The translations under genes were made by a program, and so were the position numbers. DNA of 64,000 bases, taken from the NCBI GenBank assembly GCA_902634185.1, contig CACPJC010000001.1, positions 96,001 through 160,000 of the forward strand. Direction: 5' to 3'. Within the stretch, counting starts at the first letter, position 1. Every line of letters starts with the position of its first letter. Source of the stretch: an uncultured Candidatus Actinomarina sp. (GTDB lineage Bacteria > Actinomycetota > Acidimicrobiia > Actinomarinales > Actinomarinaceae). Below are positions 51,308-64,000 of this stretch, piece by piece. The notes below the pieces were generated by a model. That model ran no database searches. It worked only from the letters and a program-made list of their open reading frames with translations, and was not told where the DNA came from.

Positions 51308-52492
51308 TTACTCTATAACTTTTGTCACCTGTCCTGCTCCAACAGTTCTTCCACCTTCTCTAATCGCAAATTTTACGCCCTCTTCCATTGCAATTGGAGA
51401 TATAAGTTCTACAGAGATTGGAACATTATCACCAGGCATGACCATTTCAGTACCATCAGCTAGAGAAACTTCTCCCGTAACATCAGTGGTTCTAAAATAG
51501 AACTGTGGCCTATATCCTTTAAAGAATGGATTGTGTCTTCCACCTTCTTCTTTTGTAAGAACATATACCTCAGCCTCAAATTTTGTATGAGGTGTTATGG
51601 AGCCAGGAACAGCAATAACCTGTCCTCTTTCCACATCATCTTTATCAATACCTCTTAAAAGTAAACCAACGTTGTCTCCAGCTCTACCCTCATCAAGGAG
51701 TTTCCTGAACATTTCAACACCAGTACAAACTGATTTGGTAGTTTCACGAATACCAACAATTTCTACTTCATCGTTTACATTTACAATACCTTGTTCAATT
51801 CTTCCAGTAACAACTGTTCCTCTACCAGTAATTGAAAAGACGTCTTCAACTGGCATTAAGAAAGGCTTGTCTACTACTCTCACAGGCTCTTCTATATATG
51901 AATCAACCTGTTCCATTAATTGAAGAACAGCATTTACACCATCTTCTTTTCCTTCAAGAGCTGCTAACGCAGAACCTTTCACGACTGGAACATCATCTCC
52001 TGGGAAATCATACTCATTTAAAAGTTCTCTAACTTCCATTTCGACAAGATCTAATAATTCATCGTCGTCAACTTGATCAACTTTGTTGAGGAAAACAGCA
52101 ATTGCTGGTACACCAACTTGTCGCGCAAGTAGAACGTGCTCTCTTGTCTGAGGCATAGGTCCATCAGCTGCTGAAACCACAAGAATAGCTCCATCAACCT
52201 GGGCAGCACCAGTGATCATGTTTTTAACATAATCTGCGTGACCTGGCATATCTACGTGAGCATAGTGACGGTTTTCTGTCTCGTACTCAACGTGTGCTAT
52301 CTGAATGGTGATTCCTCTTTCTTTTTCTTCTGGTGCTTTATCAATTTCATCGAAAGCAGTTGCCTCACCCGCACCAGCATCAGCCAAAACTTTTGTTATT
52401 GCGGCCGTCAATGTTGTTTTTCCATGGTCAATGTGGCCCATTGTACCAATGTTCACATGAGGCTTGCTTCGGTCAAATTTCTCTTTTGACAT
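51308..52492 (-). CDS. tuf: Elongation factor Tu
   Basis: [26 protein letters not shown]. Confidence 0.99.
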   Translation of the reverse strand: MSKEKFDRSKPHVNIGTMGHIDHGKTTLTAAITKVLADAGAGEATAFDEIDKAPEEKERGITIQIAHVEYETENRHYAHVDMPGHADYVKNMITGAAQVDGAILVVSAADGPMPQTREHVLLARQVGVPAIAVFLNKVDQVDDDELLDLVEMEVRELLNEYDFPGDDVPVVKGSALAALEGKEDGVNAVLQLMEQVDSYIEEPVRVVDKPFLMPVEDVFSITGRGTVVTGRIEQGIVNVNDEVEIVGIRETTKSVCTGVEMFRKLLDEGRAGDNVGLLLRGIDKDDVERGQVIAVPGSITPHTKFEAEVYVLTKEEGGRHNPFFKGYRPQFYFRTTDVTGEVSLADGTEMVMPGDNVPISVELISPIAMEEGVKFAIREGGRTVGAGQVTKVIE

Positions 52493-52532
52493 ATTTTCTC
52501 CTTCTTTAAAAGTTTAAACTCTGAAACAAAGT

Positions 52533-54623
52533 TTAAACTTCAACCTCTACTCCACGAACACTTGCAGTTATCTCCTTTGTTATAGCGTCTGGGACGTCCT
52601 CATAACTATCAAACTGCATCGTGAATGTTGCACGGCCTTGTGTTCTGGAACGCAAATCTGTTGCGTAACCGAACATTTCTGATAATGGAACCTTTGCACT
52701 GACAACTTTTGCCGATCCTCTTTGTCCCATTTCAGCTATCTTTCCTCTTCTTGAAGAAAGATCTCCGACAACATCTCCCATAAAATCTTCAGGGGTTACT
52801 ACTTCTACAGTCATAATAGGCTCCAGTAGTTTTACTCCAGCTTTTTTTGCTCCATCTTTTAACGCCATGGACCCTGCGATTTTAAAAGCCATTTCTGAAG
52901 AGTCAACATCATGATATGTCCCATCTTTTAGTGTTGCTCTCATATTTACAAGCGGATATCCAGCTAGAACACCTGATTCCATTGCAGCTTCAACTCCTGC
53001 ATTTACTGATGGAATATACTCCTTTGGAATTCTTCCACTTTTAATTAAATCTACAAATTCATATCCATCTTCAATAGGTTCAAGTTCCATAATTACATGT
53101 CCATATTGACCTCGACCACCACTTTGTCTAATATATTTTGCCTCAATATCAGTCTTCTTTTTGAGTGCCTCTCTATATGCCACTTGAGGTTTACCAATAT
53201 TTGCCTCTACTTTAAATTCCCTTTTTAGACGATCTACAAGAATATCAAGATGCAATTCTCCCATTCCTGAAATGATTGTTTGACCAGTCTCTTCATCAGA
53301 GTTAACTTTGAAGGTAGGGTCTTCTTCAGCTAACTTTTGTAAACCCTCTGATAACTTTTCTTCATCAGCTTTTGATTTTGGTTCGATTGCAACTGAGATA
53401 ACAGGTTCAGGGAACGTCATTGATTCTAGTTGAATAGGGCTTCCTGAATCAGATAATGTATCTCCTGTTTTTGCATTTTTAAGACCAACTCCCGCAACAA
53501 TATCCCCAGTAGAAATAAAATCTATGTCCTCTCTTGAGTTTGAATGCATTCTCAATATTCTTCCAAGTCTTTCGTCTTTTCCTGTTGTCGTATTAACAAC
53601 TTTGTCACCTTTATTTAAGGTACCGGAATAAACCCTAAAATAAGTTAACTTTCCTACATGTGGATCACTTACAACCTTAAATGCAAGTGCAGAAAATGGT
53701 TCTTCGTCAGAATGCTCTCTGCTAATTTCATCTTCTTCTTTACCAGGTGTAAATCCTGATACTGGTTCTATATCTAGAGGTGAGGGAAGATAATCAACAA
53801 CTGCATCCAATAGAAGTTGTACACCTTTGTTTTTAAAAGCACTACCTGCAAGAACTGGTACAAATAATCCTGAAAGAGTTCCTGTTCTAATTGCTTTTTT
53901 TATTTCAGCAACTGAAAGCTCTTCATCTCCAAGATATTTCTCAAGTACTTCATCATCTGCTTCAGCTACGACATCCAAAAGTTCTGCCCGTTTTGTATTT
54001 GCTTCCTCAAGTCGATCCTCTGGTATATCTGCAATATCCCATTCAGATCCGTCATCTTTTGTCCAGGTGTGTGCTTTCATTTCAACAAGATCAATTACTC
54101 CAACAAAATCTGCTTCAGATCCTATAGGAATTTGAAGAACAGCTGGTTTTGCTTCAAGTCTTTCGATGATTGACTGTACGTCATCATCAAAGTTTGCACC
54201 CGTTCTATCAAGTTTGTTGATAAAACAAATTCTTGGTACGTTATATTTGTCAGCTTGTCTCCAAACTGTCTCTGACTGTGGTTCAACTCCTGCAACACCA
54301 TCAAATACAGCTACAGCACCATCTAATACTCTAAGAGACCTTTCAACCTCAACTGTAAAATCAACGTGACCGGGAGTATCAATAATATTAATTGTGTGGT
54401 CATTCCAGCTACATGTAGTAGCAGCAGATGTAATAGTTATTCCACGCTCTTGCTCTTGTTCCATCCAGTCCATAACAGCTGCTCCATCATGAACTTCACC
54501 AATCTTGTATGTTTTACCTGTGTAATACAAAATTCTCTCTGTTAAGGTAGTTTTTCCAGCGTCTATATGAGCCATAATTCCAATATTTCTTAGGTTTTTG
54601 AGATCTACTGTTCTAGTTGACAT
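52533..54623 (-). CDS. fusA: Elongation factor G
   Basis: [30 protein letters not shown]; likely start MSTRTV at 54623. Confidence 0.99.
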   Translation of the reverse strand: MSTRTVDLKNLRNIGIMAHIDAGKTTLTERILYYTGKTYKIGEVHDGAAVMDWMEQEQERGITITSAATTCSWNDHTINIIDTPGHVDFTVEVERSLRVLDGAVAVFDGVAGVEPQSETVWRQADKYNVPRICFINKLDRTGANFDDDVQSIIERLEAKPAVLQIPIGSEADFVGVIDLVEMKAHTWTKDDGSEWDIADIPEDRLEEANTKRAELLDVVAEADDEVLEKYLGDEELSVAEIKKAIRTGTLSGLFVPVLAGSAFKNKGVQLLLDAVVDYLPSPLDIEPVSGFTPGKEEDEISREHSDEEPFSALAFKVVSDPHVGKLTYFRVYSGTLNKGDKVVNTTTGKDERLGRILRMHSNSREDIDFISTGDIVAGVGLKNAKTGDTLSDSGSPIQLESMTFPEPVISVAIEPKSKADEEKLSEGLQKLAEEDPTFKVNSDEETGQTIISGMGELHLDILVDRLKREFKVEANIGKPQVAYREALKKKTDIEAKYIRQSGGRGQYGHVIMELEPIEDGYEFVDLIKSGRIPKEYIPSVNAGVEAAMESGVLAGYPLVNMRATLKDGTYHDVDSSEMAFKIAGSMALKDGAKKAGVKLLEPIMTVEVVTPEDFMGDVVGDLSSRRGKIAEMGQRGSAKVVSAKVPLSEMFGYATDLRSRTQGRATFTMQFDSYEDVPDAITKEITASVRGVEVEV

Positions 54624-54627
54624 ATTG

Positions 54628-55095
54628 TTACCACCTGTAATGAGCGAAAGCTCTGTTCGATTCAGCCATTTTATGTACATCTTCTTTTTTCTTGACTGCA
54701 GCTCCAGTATTGTTACTTGCATCCAAAAGTTCACGTCCTAATCTATCAGACATTGACTTTTCTCCTCTTTTTCGAGCAGCATCAACAATCCACCTTATTG
54801 CAAGTGTGGTACTTCTTCTATGTGGAACTTCCATCGGAACTTGATAGTTAGTACCACCGACCCTTCTGGATTTTGTTTCAATTTGAGGTTTAACATTTTC
54901 AAATGCAGCTTTTAATACATTCAATGGATCTCCACCAGCTTGTTTTTCAACAAGTTCTAATGATTTATATACAATACTTCGTGCAACGTCTTTTTTTCCA
55001 TCTAATAAAACTTGATTTGTTAATTGTGATACAAGAACGCTATTGAAAAGAGGGTCTGCTTCAGGCTTTCTTTTAAGTGATGGTCCTCTTCTCAT
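54628..55095 (-). CDS. rpsG: 30S ribosomal protein S7
   Basis: [24 protein letters not shown]. Confidence 0.98.
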   Translation of the reverse strand: MRRGPSLKRKPEADPLFNSVLVSQLTNQVLLDGKKDVARSIVYKSLELVEKQAGGDPLNVLKAAFENVKPQIETKSRRVGGTNYQVPMEVPHRRSTTLAIRWIVDAARKRGEKSMSDRLGRELLDASNNTGAAVKKKEDVHKMAESNRAFAHYRW

Positions 55096-55100
55096 GATGG

Positions 55101-55469
55101 TTAGCCTCTCTTACTTCCATATCTAGATCTTGCTTGTTTTCTGTCAGTCACACCTGCTGTATCTAGAGCACCCCTAATCACTTTATATCTAACACCAGGA
55201 AGATCTTTTACCCTTCCACCTCTTACTAAAACAATTGAATGTTCTTGTAAATTGTGTCCTTCTCCTGGAATGTATGCTGTAACTTCAGTACCAGTTGATA
55301 GCCTCACTCTGCAAACTTTTCTTAAAGCTGAGTTTGGTTTTTTTGGTGTAACTGTATATACACGCGTGCAAACGCCCCTCCTTTGTGGAGACCCCTTGAG
55401 ACCAGGTGTTTTCTCTTTCATCACCTTGGACTTACGTCCTTTTCTCACTAGTTGCTGTGTTGTAGGCAT
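55101..55469 (-). CDS. rpsL: 30S ribosomal protein S12
   Basis: [22 protein letters not shown]. Confidence 0.99.
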   Translation of the reverse strand: MPTTQQLVRKGRKSKVMKEKTPGLKGSPQRRGVCTRVYTVTPKKPNSALRKVCRVRLSTGTEVTAYIPGEGHNLQEHSIVLVRGGRVKDLPGVRYKVIRGALDTAGVTDRKQARSRYGSKRG

Positions 55470-55501
55470 AAAAATTCCAATCTAAAAAAGTTAATTTTTT
55501 A

Positions 55502-55543
55502 TTACCGAAAAAGAAGTATATGACAGATTTGAACTTACAACAA
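55502..55543 (-). promoter_or_regulatory. Putative housekeeping promoter of the str operon
   Basis: TTGTTG-N17-TATACT followed by TCTTTTTCGGTAA. Confidence 0.55.
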
Positions 55544-55561
55544 TGAATTCTTTATAAGTTT

Positions 55562-58500
55562 TTACTCTGTATCTTCATCTCCCTCTTCGCCTAACATAGC
55601 TAGCCATTGTGCTGGATTTGGTAGACCATCGTTATCTGATTCTTCTGATTCTGATGGTGCTGTCGCAAATCCTATTTCAGATACCTCTTGAGCGCCAGGT
55701 AAGGTAGGAGCTAATTTTTGATAAGCTTCTGAACCAGTACCAGCAGGAATTAAAGTACCTATGATTACATTCTCTTTTAATCCTGACAATGCATCAGTAC
55801 TCTTTTTCATTGCTGCCTCAGTTAATACCCTTGTTGTTTCTTGAAAAGATGCTGCAGATAACCATGAATCTGTCGCTAAGCTAGCTTTTGTGATACCCAT
55901 CAGTTCAGGTCTACCTTCGGCAGGTGTTTTACCATCTTTTACAAGTCCTTGATTGATGGTTCTAAATAAAGTTGCATCAATCAATTCGTTTGGTAAGAAG
56001 TCTGAATCGTTAGGTCTAACAATTCTTACCCTTCTTAACATTTGTCTTACAATCATTTCAACGTGTTTATCATGAACTTCAACTCCTTGATCACGATAAG
56101 TTTTTTGTACTTCGTCTACCAAATATTCTTGGCATGTGCGAACTCCGTTGATTTGTAAGACTTCTTTTGGATCTTTTGGACCAGTTGTTAATGCTTGTCC
56201 AGCTTCAACACTGTCTCCTTGATTAACGAGAAGAGTTTGTCTTCTCAAAACTAATAATTCAATTTCTTCTTTCTCATTTTGAATAGTAAGGATTCTGTTG
56301 CCTTCTTCAGTTTGATCAATAGATTTGATTTTTCCATTAATGAGTGATAAAACGGATTTACCTTTTGGTGTTCTAGCTTCAAAAAGCTCAACAATTCTTG
56401 GGAGGCCAGAGGTAATATCCAAACCAACAACACCACCAGTGTGAAAAGTTCTCATTGTAAGCTGAGTTCCAGGCTCTCCAATTGATTGAGCAGAAATTAT
56501 TCCAACAGCTTCACCTTCTTCAACAGGTTTTCCAGTTGCAAGGCTGAAACCATAACATAGTGGATCCATAGATTCAGGATCGAGTGAATTGAAAGGTGTA
56601 AGAACATTTACTGATTCAACTCCAGACTTACCAATTACATCTAGAGCTTCTGCATCAATATAAGTACCTTTAGTTAACTTTTTACCATCTCCAAACTCTA
56701 TTGCTTTTTTATCCTTTTTGACGTCCTCGCTAAGCACTCTTCCAAATAATGTTGAATGTAAATATTTGCTAGGCCTTCCTTCTTTATCAACCGTAGATTT
56801 GGTTGTACCGCGCCAGTCAATGTTTTCATCACCCTTATTTTGTACTACAATACCTGCAGCAACATCAACTAGTCTTCTTGTTAAATAACCAGAGTCTGCA
56901 GTTCTTAACGCTGTATCTGCAAGTCCTTTTCTAGCACCGTGTGTTGAAATGAAATACTCAAGAACAGACATCCCTTCCCTAAAATTACTTTTTATCGGCC
57001 TTTCAATGATGTCACCTTTTGGATTAGCAACAAGACCTCTCATGCCTGCAAGCTGTCTTACTTGCATCATATTACCTCGAGCTCCAGATTTAACCATCAT
57101 ATCAACAGGATTGAATCTTTCAGATTCTAATTCTGCACTCATCGCATACTGAACTTGGTCTGTAGCTTCATTCCATATTTCGATAATTTTTTGTTTTCTC
57201 TCAGTCTCAGTAATAATGTCATCAAGATAAAGCTTTTCTACTTTTTCGGCTTCATTTTCATACTTTTCAAGAATTTGATTCTTTGTTGGTGGTGTTTTAA
57301 CATCTGTCATCGCAACGGACAACCCAGCTTTTGCACCAAAATTAAAACCAACTTTTTTCATTGAATCTAAGAACTGTCTCAATTCAGCTTTATTATATGT
57401 TTCAATAACCTCTGAAATGATTTTTTTCATTTCTGGTTTTCTTACTGATGCCTCAATATATGGAAAGTCATCAGGCAATATAGAGTTGAAATGCATTCTT
57501 CCTAATGTTGTGTTAGTTAATGTGTCACCAGAAACATATTCGGAAGTAAGTAGTTCAGAAAATCTATTTTTTATCTTATTATATATGTCTTCAGATCCAG
57601 CTAAATTTCCAACCCTTACTTTGATTGGTGTTTGTAAAGAAATATGTCCTGCTTCATAAGCTAGCTGCGCTTCGTATAAGTCAGCAAATGCATACTCAGC
57701 AGTATCTAGCTCGTCATGACACTCTGTAATATAATAAAGACCTATTACCATATCTTGGCTTGGAGATACTATAGGATTACCCGAAGCTGGTGATAAAACG
57801 TTGTTTGTAGCTAGCATCAAAACTCTGGCTTCTGCTTGAGCTTCAGCTGATAAAGGAACATGAACTGCCATTTGGTCACCATCAAAATCAGCATTAAATG
57901 CTTCGCAAACCAACGGATGGACTTGAATAGCTTTACCTTCTACAAGGATTGGCTCAAATGCTTGAATTCCAAGCCTATGTAAAGTAGGAGCTCTGTTTAG
58001 TAATACCGGGTGCTCTTCAATTACTTCTGCAAGGACATCCCATACTTGAGCACGAGATCTTTCAACCATTCTTTTTGCAGATTTAATATTTTGAGCAAGA
58101 CCAAGTTCAACTAGCCTTTTCATAACAAATGGCTTGAATAACTCAAGTGCCATCATTTTAGGCAATCCACATTGTTGTAAATCTAAATGCGGACCGACTA
58201 CAATAACTGACCTTGCAGAGTAATCAACTCTCTTTCCAAGAAGGTTTTGTCTAAATCTTCCTTGCTTTCCTTTCAACATATCAGAGAGTGACTTCAGACC
58301 TCGTCCACCTGCCCCTGCGACTGCTCTACCTCTTCTTCCGTTATCAAAAAGAGCATCAACAGATTCTTGCAGCATTCTTTTTTCGTTGCTAATGATTATG
58401 TCTGGGGCACCCAGTTCAATTAATTTTTTTAATCTGTTGTTACGATTAATTAATCTTCTATATAAATCGTTGAGATCGGAAGTAGCAAATCTACCACCAT

Positions 58501-59485
58501 CTAGTTGAACCATTGGACGCAACTCTGGAGGTATAACTGGTATCACTTCTAAAATCATTGCTTCAGGTGGGTTTTTTCCGTCAGCGAAAGGTTTTATAAC
58601 TTTCATTCTTTGTATAGCTCTTTGTCTACGTTGTGCTGATTTTGAATCTAGATCACTTTTAAGTTTTTCCATTTCAGCTTTAAGATCTACTAATTGGACA
58701 AGCTCTCTAACTGCTTCAGCTCCCATTCCACCTGTAAAATACTCATCATATTTATCAATCATTTCACGCCAAAGAGTATCATTTTCAATTAAGGTTTTTG
58801 GCTTTAAAGTTTTCAAGGTAGAAAATGCTTCTTGGATAACTTTTATTTCAGCATCGGATTTTGCTTGCTTTTGTTTGATCTCTTTTTCAATCTCTTTAGT
58901 TCTTAACTGGATCTCAGCCTCTGGAACTTTTGCGTTTTCCATAGCCTTAATCTCAACTTTCATTTGCTTAAGTCTTTTAACTTCCCATTCAGTAAACTCT
59001 TCTTCTACAATTTCTACTTCTGCTTCAACAGCTTCTTCAATCTCAGATAAATCTTTTGTTCTCTTTTTGTCATCGACCGATACAACAAGATATGCTGCAA
59101 AGTAAATTACTTTTTCTAATTCTTTTGGTGACATGTCAAGAAAGTAACCTAATCTGCTTGGAACACCTTTGAAGTACCAAATATGAGTTACTGGTGCAGC
59201 TAACTCTATATGACCCATTCTTTCTCTTCGAACTTCACGTCTTGTAACTTCAACACCGCATCTTTCGCAGACAATACCTCTATATCGAATTCTTTTATAT
59301 CTTCCACAAGAACATTCCCAGTCCTTAGTTGGACCAAAAATTCTCTCATCAAAAAGGCCTTCTTTTTCAGGTTTTAAAGTTCTGTAATTTATTGTTTCAG
59401 GTTTTTTTACTTCTCCAAAAGACCAACTTCTCATTTGATCAGATGTAGCAAGACTTATGCTTAATTCGTCAAAAATTTTTTCCAT
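55562..59485 (-). CDS. rpoC: RNA polymerase beta' subunit
   Basis: NADFDGD active site, N-terminal CxC...CxxC zinc ribbon, actinobacterial coiled-coil insertion, SAASFQET. Confidence 0.99.
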   Translation of the reverse strand: MEKIFDELSISLATSDQMRSWSFGEVKKPETINYRTLKPEKEGLFDERIFGPTKDWECSCGRYKRIRYRGIVCERCGVEVTRREVRRERMGHIELAAPVTHIWYFKGVPSRLGYFLDMSPKELEKVIYFAAYLVVSVDDKKRTKDLSEIEEAVEAEVEIVEEEFTEWEVKRLKQMKVEIKAMENAKVPEAEIQLRTKEIEKEIKQKQAKSDAEIKVIQEAFSTLKTLKPKTLIENDTLWREMIDKYDEYFTGGMGAEAVRELVQLVDLKAEMEKLKSDLDSKSAQRRQRAIQRMKVIKPFADGKNPPEAMILEVIPVIPPELRPMVQLDGGRFATSDLNDLYRRLINRNNRLKKLIELGAPDIIISNEKRMLQESVDALFDNGRRGRAVAGAGGRGLKSLSDMLKGKQGRFRQNLLGKRVDYSARSVIVVGPHLDLQQCGLPKMMALELFKPFVMKRLVELGLAQNIKSAKRMVERSRAQVWDVLAEVIEEHPVLLNRAPTLHRLGIQAFEPILVEGKAIQVHPLVCEAFNADFDGDQMAVHVPLSAEAQAEARVLMLATNNVLSPASGNPIVSPSQDMVIGLYYITECHDELDTAEYAFADLYEAQLAYEAGHISLQTPIKVRVGNLAGSEDIYNKIKNRFSELLTSEYVSGDTLTNTTLGRMHFNSILPDDFPYIEASVRKPEMKKIISEVIETYNKAELRQFLDSMKKVGFNFGAKAGLSVAMTDVKTPPTKNQILEKYENEAEKVEKLYLDDIITETERKQKIIEIWNEATDQVQYAMSAELESERFNPVDMMVKSGARGNMMQVRQLAGMRGLVANPKGDIIERPIKSNFREGMSVLEYFISTHGARKGLADTALRTADSGYLTRRLVDVAAGIVVQNKGDENIDWRGTTKSTVDKEGRPSKYLHSTLFGRVLSEDVKKDKKAIEFGDGKKLTKGTYIDAEALDVIGKSGVESVNVLTPFNSLDPESMDPLCYGFSLATGKPVEEGEAVGIISAQSIGEPGTQLTMRTFHTGGVVGLDITSGLPRIVELFEARTPKGKSVLSLINGKIKSIDQTEEGNRILTIQNEKEEIELLVLRRQTLLVNQGDSVEAGQALTTGPKDPKEVLQINGVRTCQEYLVDEVQKTYRDQGVEVHDKHVEMIVRQMLRRVRIVRPNDSDFLPNELIDATLFRTINQGLVKDGKTPAEGRPELMGITKASLATDSWLSAASFQETTRVLTEAAMKKSTDALSGLKENVIIGTLIPAGTGSEAYQKLAPTLPGAQEVSEIGFATAPSESEESDNDGLPNPAQWLAMLGEEGDEDTE

Positions 59486-62400
59486 TATAGTTCAGCCTCA
59501 TCTTCCTCAGGTCTTGTCATATCGATACCCAATGTTTCAGCTGTTTTGACATATTCGTCACTGATATCTTTCATAGAAATTTCTTCACCAGCAGATAAGA
59601 TTTCAACATTTAGACATAAACTTTGCATTTCTTTTAATAAAACCTTAAATGACTCTGGTATCCCTGGTTCTGGAATATTGTCACCTTTTACAATAGATTC
59701 GTAAACCTTTACTCTTCCGACTGTATCGTCAGATTTTATTGTTAAAAGTTCTTGAAGTGCGTAACTTGCACCGTAAGCTTCAAGAGCCCATACTTCCATT
59801 TCACCAAATCTTTGACCTCCAAATTGAGCTTTTCCTCCGAGTGGTTGTTGTGTAATCATTGAATAAGGGCCAGTTGAACGAGCATGGATCTTTTCATCTA
59901 CTAAATGAATGAGTTTTAATATATATGTGTATCCAACTGTAATTTTTGAATCAAACTTTTCACCAGTTCGACCGTCATATAGATCGGCTTTTCCATTTTC
60001 ATCAACAAGTAATTTACCATCCCTATTTGGGTTTACATTTCTCAAAATTTCATGAATTTCATTTTCATCTGCCCCATCAAATACTGGAGTTGAGACTAAC
60101 GTTCCTGGTTTAGCTCCATCTGATGCTTTAGATTTTCCTTTAAAATCTTGCCAACCTTCGTTTGCTGCCCAACCGAGGTGTGTTTCTAAAATTTGACCAA
60201 GATTCATTCTGCTTGGTACACCTAAAGGTGATAGCAATATATCTACAGGTGTACCATCTTCTAAAAATGGCATATCTTCTACTGGATTAATTTTTGAAAT
60301 TACTCCTTTGTTACCATGACGTCCTGAAAGCTTGTCCCCGACTTGAATTTTTCTTTGTATAGCTACGTAGACTCTTACTTTTTGATTTACACCAGGTGGA
60401 AGATCTGCTCCATCATCTCTTCTTAATATCTGTACATCGATAACCTTTCCTCTTTCACCATGAGGAACTCTTAAAGAAGTATCTCTAACTTCTCTTGCTT
60501 TTTCACCGAATATTGCTCTTAACAGTCTTTCTTCAGGAGTTAACTCTGTTTCTCCTTTTGGAGTAACTTTTCCTACCAAATAATCACCAGGTGTTACTTC
60601 CGCACCAATCCTAACGATTCCCATTTCATCAAGATCCATCAATACTTCTTCTGCTACGTTTGGAATATCTCTAGTTATCTCTTCTTCTCCAAGTTTTGTA
60701 TCTCTGGCTTCAATTTCATGTTCTGCAATATGTACAGAAGTTAATACATCCTCTTTAACTAAACGCTCTGAAATCACTATTGAATCTTCAAAGTTGTATC
60801 CATCCCATGGCATATATGCAACTAGTAAATTTTTGCCTAATGCAAGTTCTCCACCTTGAGTGCTTGGGCCATCAGCGAGTACATCACCTGGTTTTACTTT
60901 TAGGCCCGCTTTTACCAATGGTTTTTGATTTACGGAAGTAGCTTGATTTGATCTTTTAAATTTTCTGACTTCAAAAGTATGTTTTTTATTTGTCTCTTGT
61001 TCTTTAACAACTATTTCATCACCAGTTACTGACATTACTTCACCAGAAATTGGAGAAATTAAAGCTTCACCTGAATCTCGTGCAACGTTCTCTTCCATAC
61101 CAGTTCCAACATATGGTGCCTCTGTAGTTACCAATGGCACGGCTTGTCTCTGCATATTGGAACCCATCAAAGCTCTGTTTGCATCATCATGTTCAAGGAA
61201 AGGGATTAATGCAGTTGTAACAGAACAAATTTGTTTCGGACTCACATCCATGTAATCAATTTCTTTATCACTAACGAAAGAGACTTGTCCCCCATTTTGT
61301 CTTGATAAGACTCTTTTGTTTTTAAAAGTTCCATCATCATTTAAAGGAGCATTTGCTTGAGCAATTGTATATTCATCTTCTTGAGAAGCAGTGAGATAAA
61401 CTGCGTTGTTAGTTTTTACGATTCCATTCTCTACTTTCCAATAAGGAGTTTCGATAAATCCAAATCTGTTAACCCTACCATATGTAGCAAGTGTGCCTAT
61501 AAGCCCAATATTTGGTCCTTCAGGTGTTTCAATAGGACACATTCTTCCATAGTGAGAAGGGTGAACATCTCTAACTTCAAACCCTGCTCGTTCTCTAGAT
61601 AACCCACCTGGACCCAAAGCTGAAAGCCTTCTTCTGTGAGTTAAAGCTGCAATTGGATTAGGTTGATCCATAAACTGACTCAATTGACTTGTACCAAAGA
61701 ATTCTTTCAAAGAGGCTTGGATTGGTCTTATGTTAATTAATGATTGAGGTGTTATTGCTTCTGGTTCCTGAGTAGTCATTCTCTCCCTAACTACTCTTTC
61801 TAATCGACTTAGGCCAACTCTAACTTGATTTTGAACAAGTTCTCCAACTGTTCTAATTCTTCTATTTCCAAAATGATCAATATCATCAAGCCTTACAGGA
61901 ATTGTTCTTCCAAGTTTGTTTTCAAATGATTCTTCCCCTGCATGTAAAGCTATAACATATTTGATGGTGTCAATAATATCCTCGATCTGTAACATACCTT
62001 CAACTTCAGTCGAATAGGTCTCAGCATCCTTTTCTCCATAATCTCTTCCAAGCTTTTGCTCAACTTTATACCTGCCAACTTTTGTTAAGTCATATCTCTT
62101 TGGAGTGTAAAACATTTGCTTTACAAGATTTCTTGCAGATTCAACAGTAGCTGGTTCACCAGGTCTTAGTTTTCTATAAAGATCAATTAAGGCAGCTTCA
62201 GAGGTAGTGTCTGGGTCTCTTTCAATTGTATTTTGAATTGATGGGTAATCACCAAATAGTTCAATAGCTTCTTCTTTTGTTTCAATGACTCCTAAAGCTC
62301 TTAAGAAAGCAGTTATATGTTGTCTTCTTTTTCTGTCAACTCTTACACCAACAGTGTCTCTTTTATCTGTATCAAATTCAAGCCAGGCACCTCTTCCAGG

Positions 62401-62877
62401 GATCATTTTTCCTATGAATATCTCTTTATCTGAAGTTTTATCTATTTCTTGGGAGAAATAAACACCTGGTGATCTCACAAGTTGACTTACAATTACCCTT
62501 TCAGTTCCATTTATAATAAATGTTCCTGTGTCTGACATTATTGGAAAATCTCCAAGAAAAACGGTTTGTTGTTTAATCTGACCAGTTTCACGATCCAAAA
62601 ATTGTGCAGTCACATATAAGGGTTGTGAATAAGTAGAGTCTGTTATTTTACATTCTTCAAGACTTTTAAGTGGTTCTTCAAAGAAATGGTTTAAAAATTC
62701 AAGTGAAAATCTCCCAGAAAAATCTTCAATAGGAGAAATTTCATCTAAAATTTCTTTTAATCCTTCTTCAATAAACCATTTAAACGAATCTTTTTGGACA
62801 ATTAATAAATCTGGAATATCTAGAACTTTGGGAATTTTTGCAAACGAAAGCCTAGAATTCTGAACAGCGGACAACAA
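59485..62877 (-). CDS. rpoB: RNA polymerase beta subunit
   Basis: [38 protein letters not shown]; TTG start with GAGGAGG SD. Confidence 0.99.
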   Translation of the reverse strand: MLSAVQNSRLSFAKIPKVLDIPDLLIVQKDSFKWFIEEGLKEILDEISPIEDFSGRFSLEFLNHFFEEPLKSLEECKITDSTYSQPLYVTAQFLDRETGQIKQQTVFLGDFPIMSDTGTFIINGTERVIVSQLVRSPGVYFSQEIDKTSDKEIFIGKMIPGRGAWLEFDTDKRDTVGVRVDRKRRQHITAFLRALGVIETKEEAIELFGDYPSIQNTIERDPDTTSEAALIDLYRKLRPGEPATVESARNLVKQMFYTPKRYDLTKVGRYKVEQKLGRDYGEKDAETYSTEVEGMLQIEDIIDTIKYVIALHAGEESFENKLGRTIPVRLDDIDHFGNRRIRTVGELVQNQVRVGLSRLERVVRERMTTQEPEAITPQSLINIRPIQASLKEFFGTSQLSQFMDQPNPIAALTHRRRLSALGPGGLSRERAGFEVRDVHPSHYGRMCPIETPEGPNIGLIGTLATYGRVNRFGFIETPYWKVENGIVKTNNAVYLTASQEDEYTIAQANAPLNDDGTFKNKRVLSRQNGGQVSFVSDKEIDYMDVSPKQICSVTTALIPFLEHDDANRALMGSNMQRQAVPLVTTEAPYVGTGMEENVARDSGEALISPISGEVMSVTGDEIVVKEQETNKKHTFEVRKFKRSNQATSVNQKPLVKAGLKVKPGDVLADGPSTQGGELALGKNLLVAYMPWDGYNFEDSIVISERLVKEDVLTSVHIAEHEIEARDTKLGEEEITRDIPNVAEEVLMDLDEMGIVRIGAEVTPGDYLVGKVTPKGETELTPEERLLRAIFGEKAREVRDTSLRVPHGERGKVIDVQILRRDDGADLPPGVNQKVRVYVAIQRKIQVGDKLSGRHGNKGVISKINPVEDMPFLEDGTPVDILLSPLGVPSRMNLGQILETHLGWAANEGWQDFKGKSKASDGAKPGTLVSTPVFDGADENEIHEILRNVNPNRDGKLLVDENGKADLYDGRTGEKFDSKITVGYTYILKLIHLVDEKIHARSTGPYSMITQQPLGGKAQFGGQRFGEMEVWALEAYGASYALQELLTIKSDDTVGRVKVYESIVKGDNIPEPGIPESFKVLLKEMQSLCLNVEILSAGEEISMKDISDEYVKTAETLGIDMTRPEEDEAEL

Positions 62878-62901
62878 GCCTCCTCAAAAATGTTAAATGT
62901 G

Positions 62902-62944
62902 TTACCGAAAGATTCAGTATATTAGTACTTAATATTTAAGTAAA
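62902..62944 (-). promoter_or_regulatory. Putative rpoBC promoter
   Basis: TTTACT-N17-TATACT followed by GAATCTTTCGGTAA. Confidence 0.55.
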
Positions 62945-62959
62945 CAAATAAGTTAAAAA

Positions 62960-63346
62960 TTATTTAAGTTCTACAGTTGCGCCAGCACCCTCAAGGGCTT
63001 CTTTAGCTTTTTCAGCATCTTCTTTAGAAGCACCTGTGAGAATATCTGATGGAGCACCGTCAACAAGTTCTTTTGCCTCTTTTAGGCCAAGGCTAGTTAA
63101 TCCTCTAACTTCCTTGATAACTTGTATTTTTTGTCCACCAGCATCTGCTAAAACAACATCAAAAGAATCTTTTGCTTCGTCTCCTCCAGCAGCTTCACCG
63201 CCACCAGCAGGTGCTGCAGCAACCGCAACTGGTGCAGCAGCTGTGACATCAAATTTTTCTTCAAAAGCGTCCAAGAACTCTTTAAGCTCAAGAACAGACA
63301 TTTCTTCAAAAACGCCTAATATTTCTTCTGTTGTCATTTTTGCCAT
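62960..63346 (-). CDS. rplL: 50S ribosomal protein L7/L12
   Basis: [32 protein letters not shown]. Confidence 0.99.
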   Translation of the reverse strand: MAKMTTEEILGVFEEMSVLELKEFLDAFEEKFDVTAAAPVAVAAAPAGGGEAAGGDEAKDSFDVVLADAGGQKIQVIKEVRGLTSLGLKEAKELVDGAPSDILTGASKEDAEKAKEALEGAGATVELK

Positions 63347-63891
63347 TATTCCTCCTCTTTACTAATTTCTTCGCCAGACTCTTTTTTTTCAATAAGAGCC
63401 TGTAAAGCAAAACTTGTTTTGTTTGTAAGACCTTTCAAAGCATATGCAAATTTATTCAATGGAGCATTAAATCCGCCAGCAATTTTTGCAAGTAAAACTT
63501 CTTTTGGTTCGATTGATGCCAGTACATTAAGTTGATCAATAGAAAGTGGCTTTTGATCCATTAACCCACCTTTAACGACAAATGACTCATTGTCACTTGA
63601 AAAATCTCTTAATACTTTTGCTGCTTCAACTGGATCTGACTCAATAACAGTAACTGCCGTTGGTCCTGAAAAATAATCTAAGATATCATCAAACCCAACA
63701 TTATACGCAGCTCTTTTTGCAAGACTCATCTTGACAACATTAAAAGAAGCTCCCGCTTTTTTCAGGTTTCTTCTTAATTGTGTTTGTTGACTTACAGTCA
63801 GTCCTCTATATTCTGATAGTATAAGAGTGTTTGCTTCCTGAAATAAGGCCTCAAGCTCTTTTACTTTATCTTTTTTATCTTTTCTTACCAT
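63346..63891 (-). CDS. rplJ: 50S ribosomal protein L10
   Basis: EYRGLTV...LRR.L, VVK..LAK, GPTA; likely start MVRKDK at 63891. Confidence 0.97.
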   Translation of the reverse strand: MVRKDKKDKVKELEALFQEANTLILSEYRGLTVSQQTQLRRNLKKAGASFNVVKMSLAKRAAYNVGFDDILDYFSGPTAVTVIESDPVEAAKVLRDFSSDNESFVVKGGLMDQKPLSIDQLNVLASIEPKEVLLAKIAGGFNAPLNKFAYALKGLTNKTSFALQALIEKKESGEEISKEEE

Positions 63892-63907
63892 AAAAAAATC
63901 CTTGCAA

Positions 63908-63966
63908 CCAAGGACCATCTTTTTACCTGCGATAGAAATTAAGGCAAGCCACTATCGGTCTTTGGT
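63908..63966 (-). promoter_or_regulatory. L10 leader (r-protein autoregulatory RNA)
   Basis: mRNA CCAAAGACCGAUAG...CUUAA...CUAUCGCAGG...GGUCCUUGG, matching the L10-leader architecture directly upstream of rplJ. Confidence 0.8.
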
Positions 63967-64000
63967 TTTAATTGTTATTGAAGTATATATGTTAATGCAA

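Noticed and set aside
61600-61705. RpoB rifampicin-pocket differences ([16 protein letters not shown])
   Set aside because: The key Q, D, H, R and S contacts are retained, and Ala at the S522-equivalent position occurs in rifampicin-sensitive Bacillus; no support for resistance.

Overview
AT-rich, tightly packed bacterial chromosome segment. The RpoB/RpoC sequences (including the actinobacterial beta' coiled-coil insertion) and the gene order point to a streamlined low-GC actinobacterium, most consistent with marine 'Ca. Actinomarina' (inference). It is almost all core genome on the minus strand: rplJL-rpoBC, str, S10, spc and alpha clusters, truA-rplM-rpsI-glmM-glmS-alr-tsaE-tsaB-rimI-tsaD-groES-groEL, a complete shikimate/Phe/Tyr operon, and trpS-pcrA-sucCD-icd-mdh-hup. 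A mixed-orientation block lies at 8-17 kb. I saw no tRNA, rRNA, mobile element or CRISPR array. The main signals missed by the ORF track are: (1) a membrane-anchored thioredoxin-fold selenoprotein candidate (in-frame TGA in a UxxC motif plus a SECIS-like hairpin, 12460-12933); (2) a leaderless Tyr/Phe leader-peptide attenuator (MKINTYFYFRAHI) upstream of the aro operon; (3) a complete glmS ribozyme enclosed by an extra long-range helix; (4) a Nur-like regulator with a Nur box before an ECF Ni/Co transporter; (5) loss of zinc ligands in L36, S14 and the second Zn site of RpoC; (6) a peptidase-S51/CysRS-C-terminal fusion; and (7) a shared TAnnnT-N7/8-CG(G/T)T promoter signature at translation/RNAP operons. 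All calls come from reading the sequence by eye; no searches were run.
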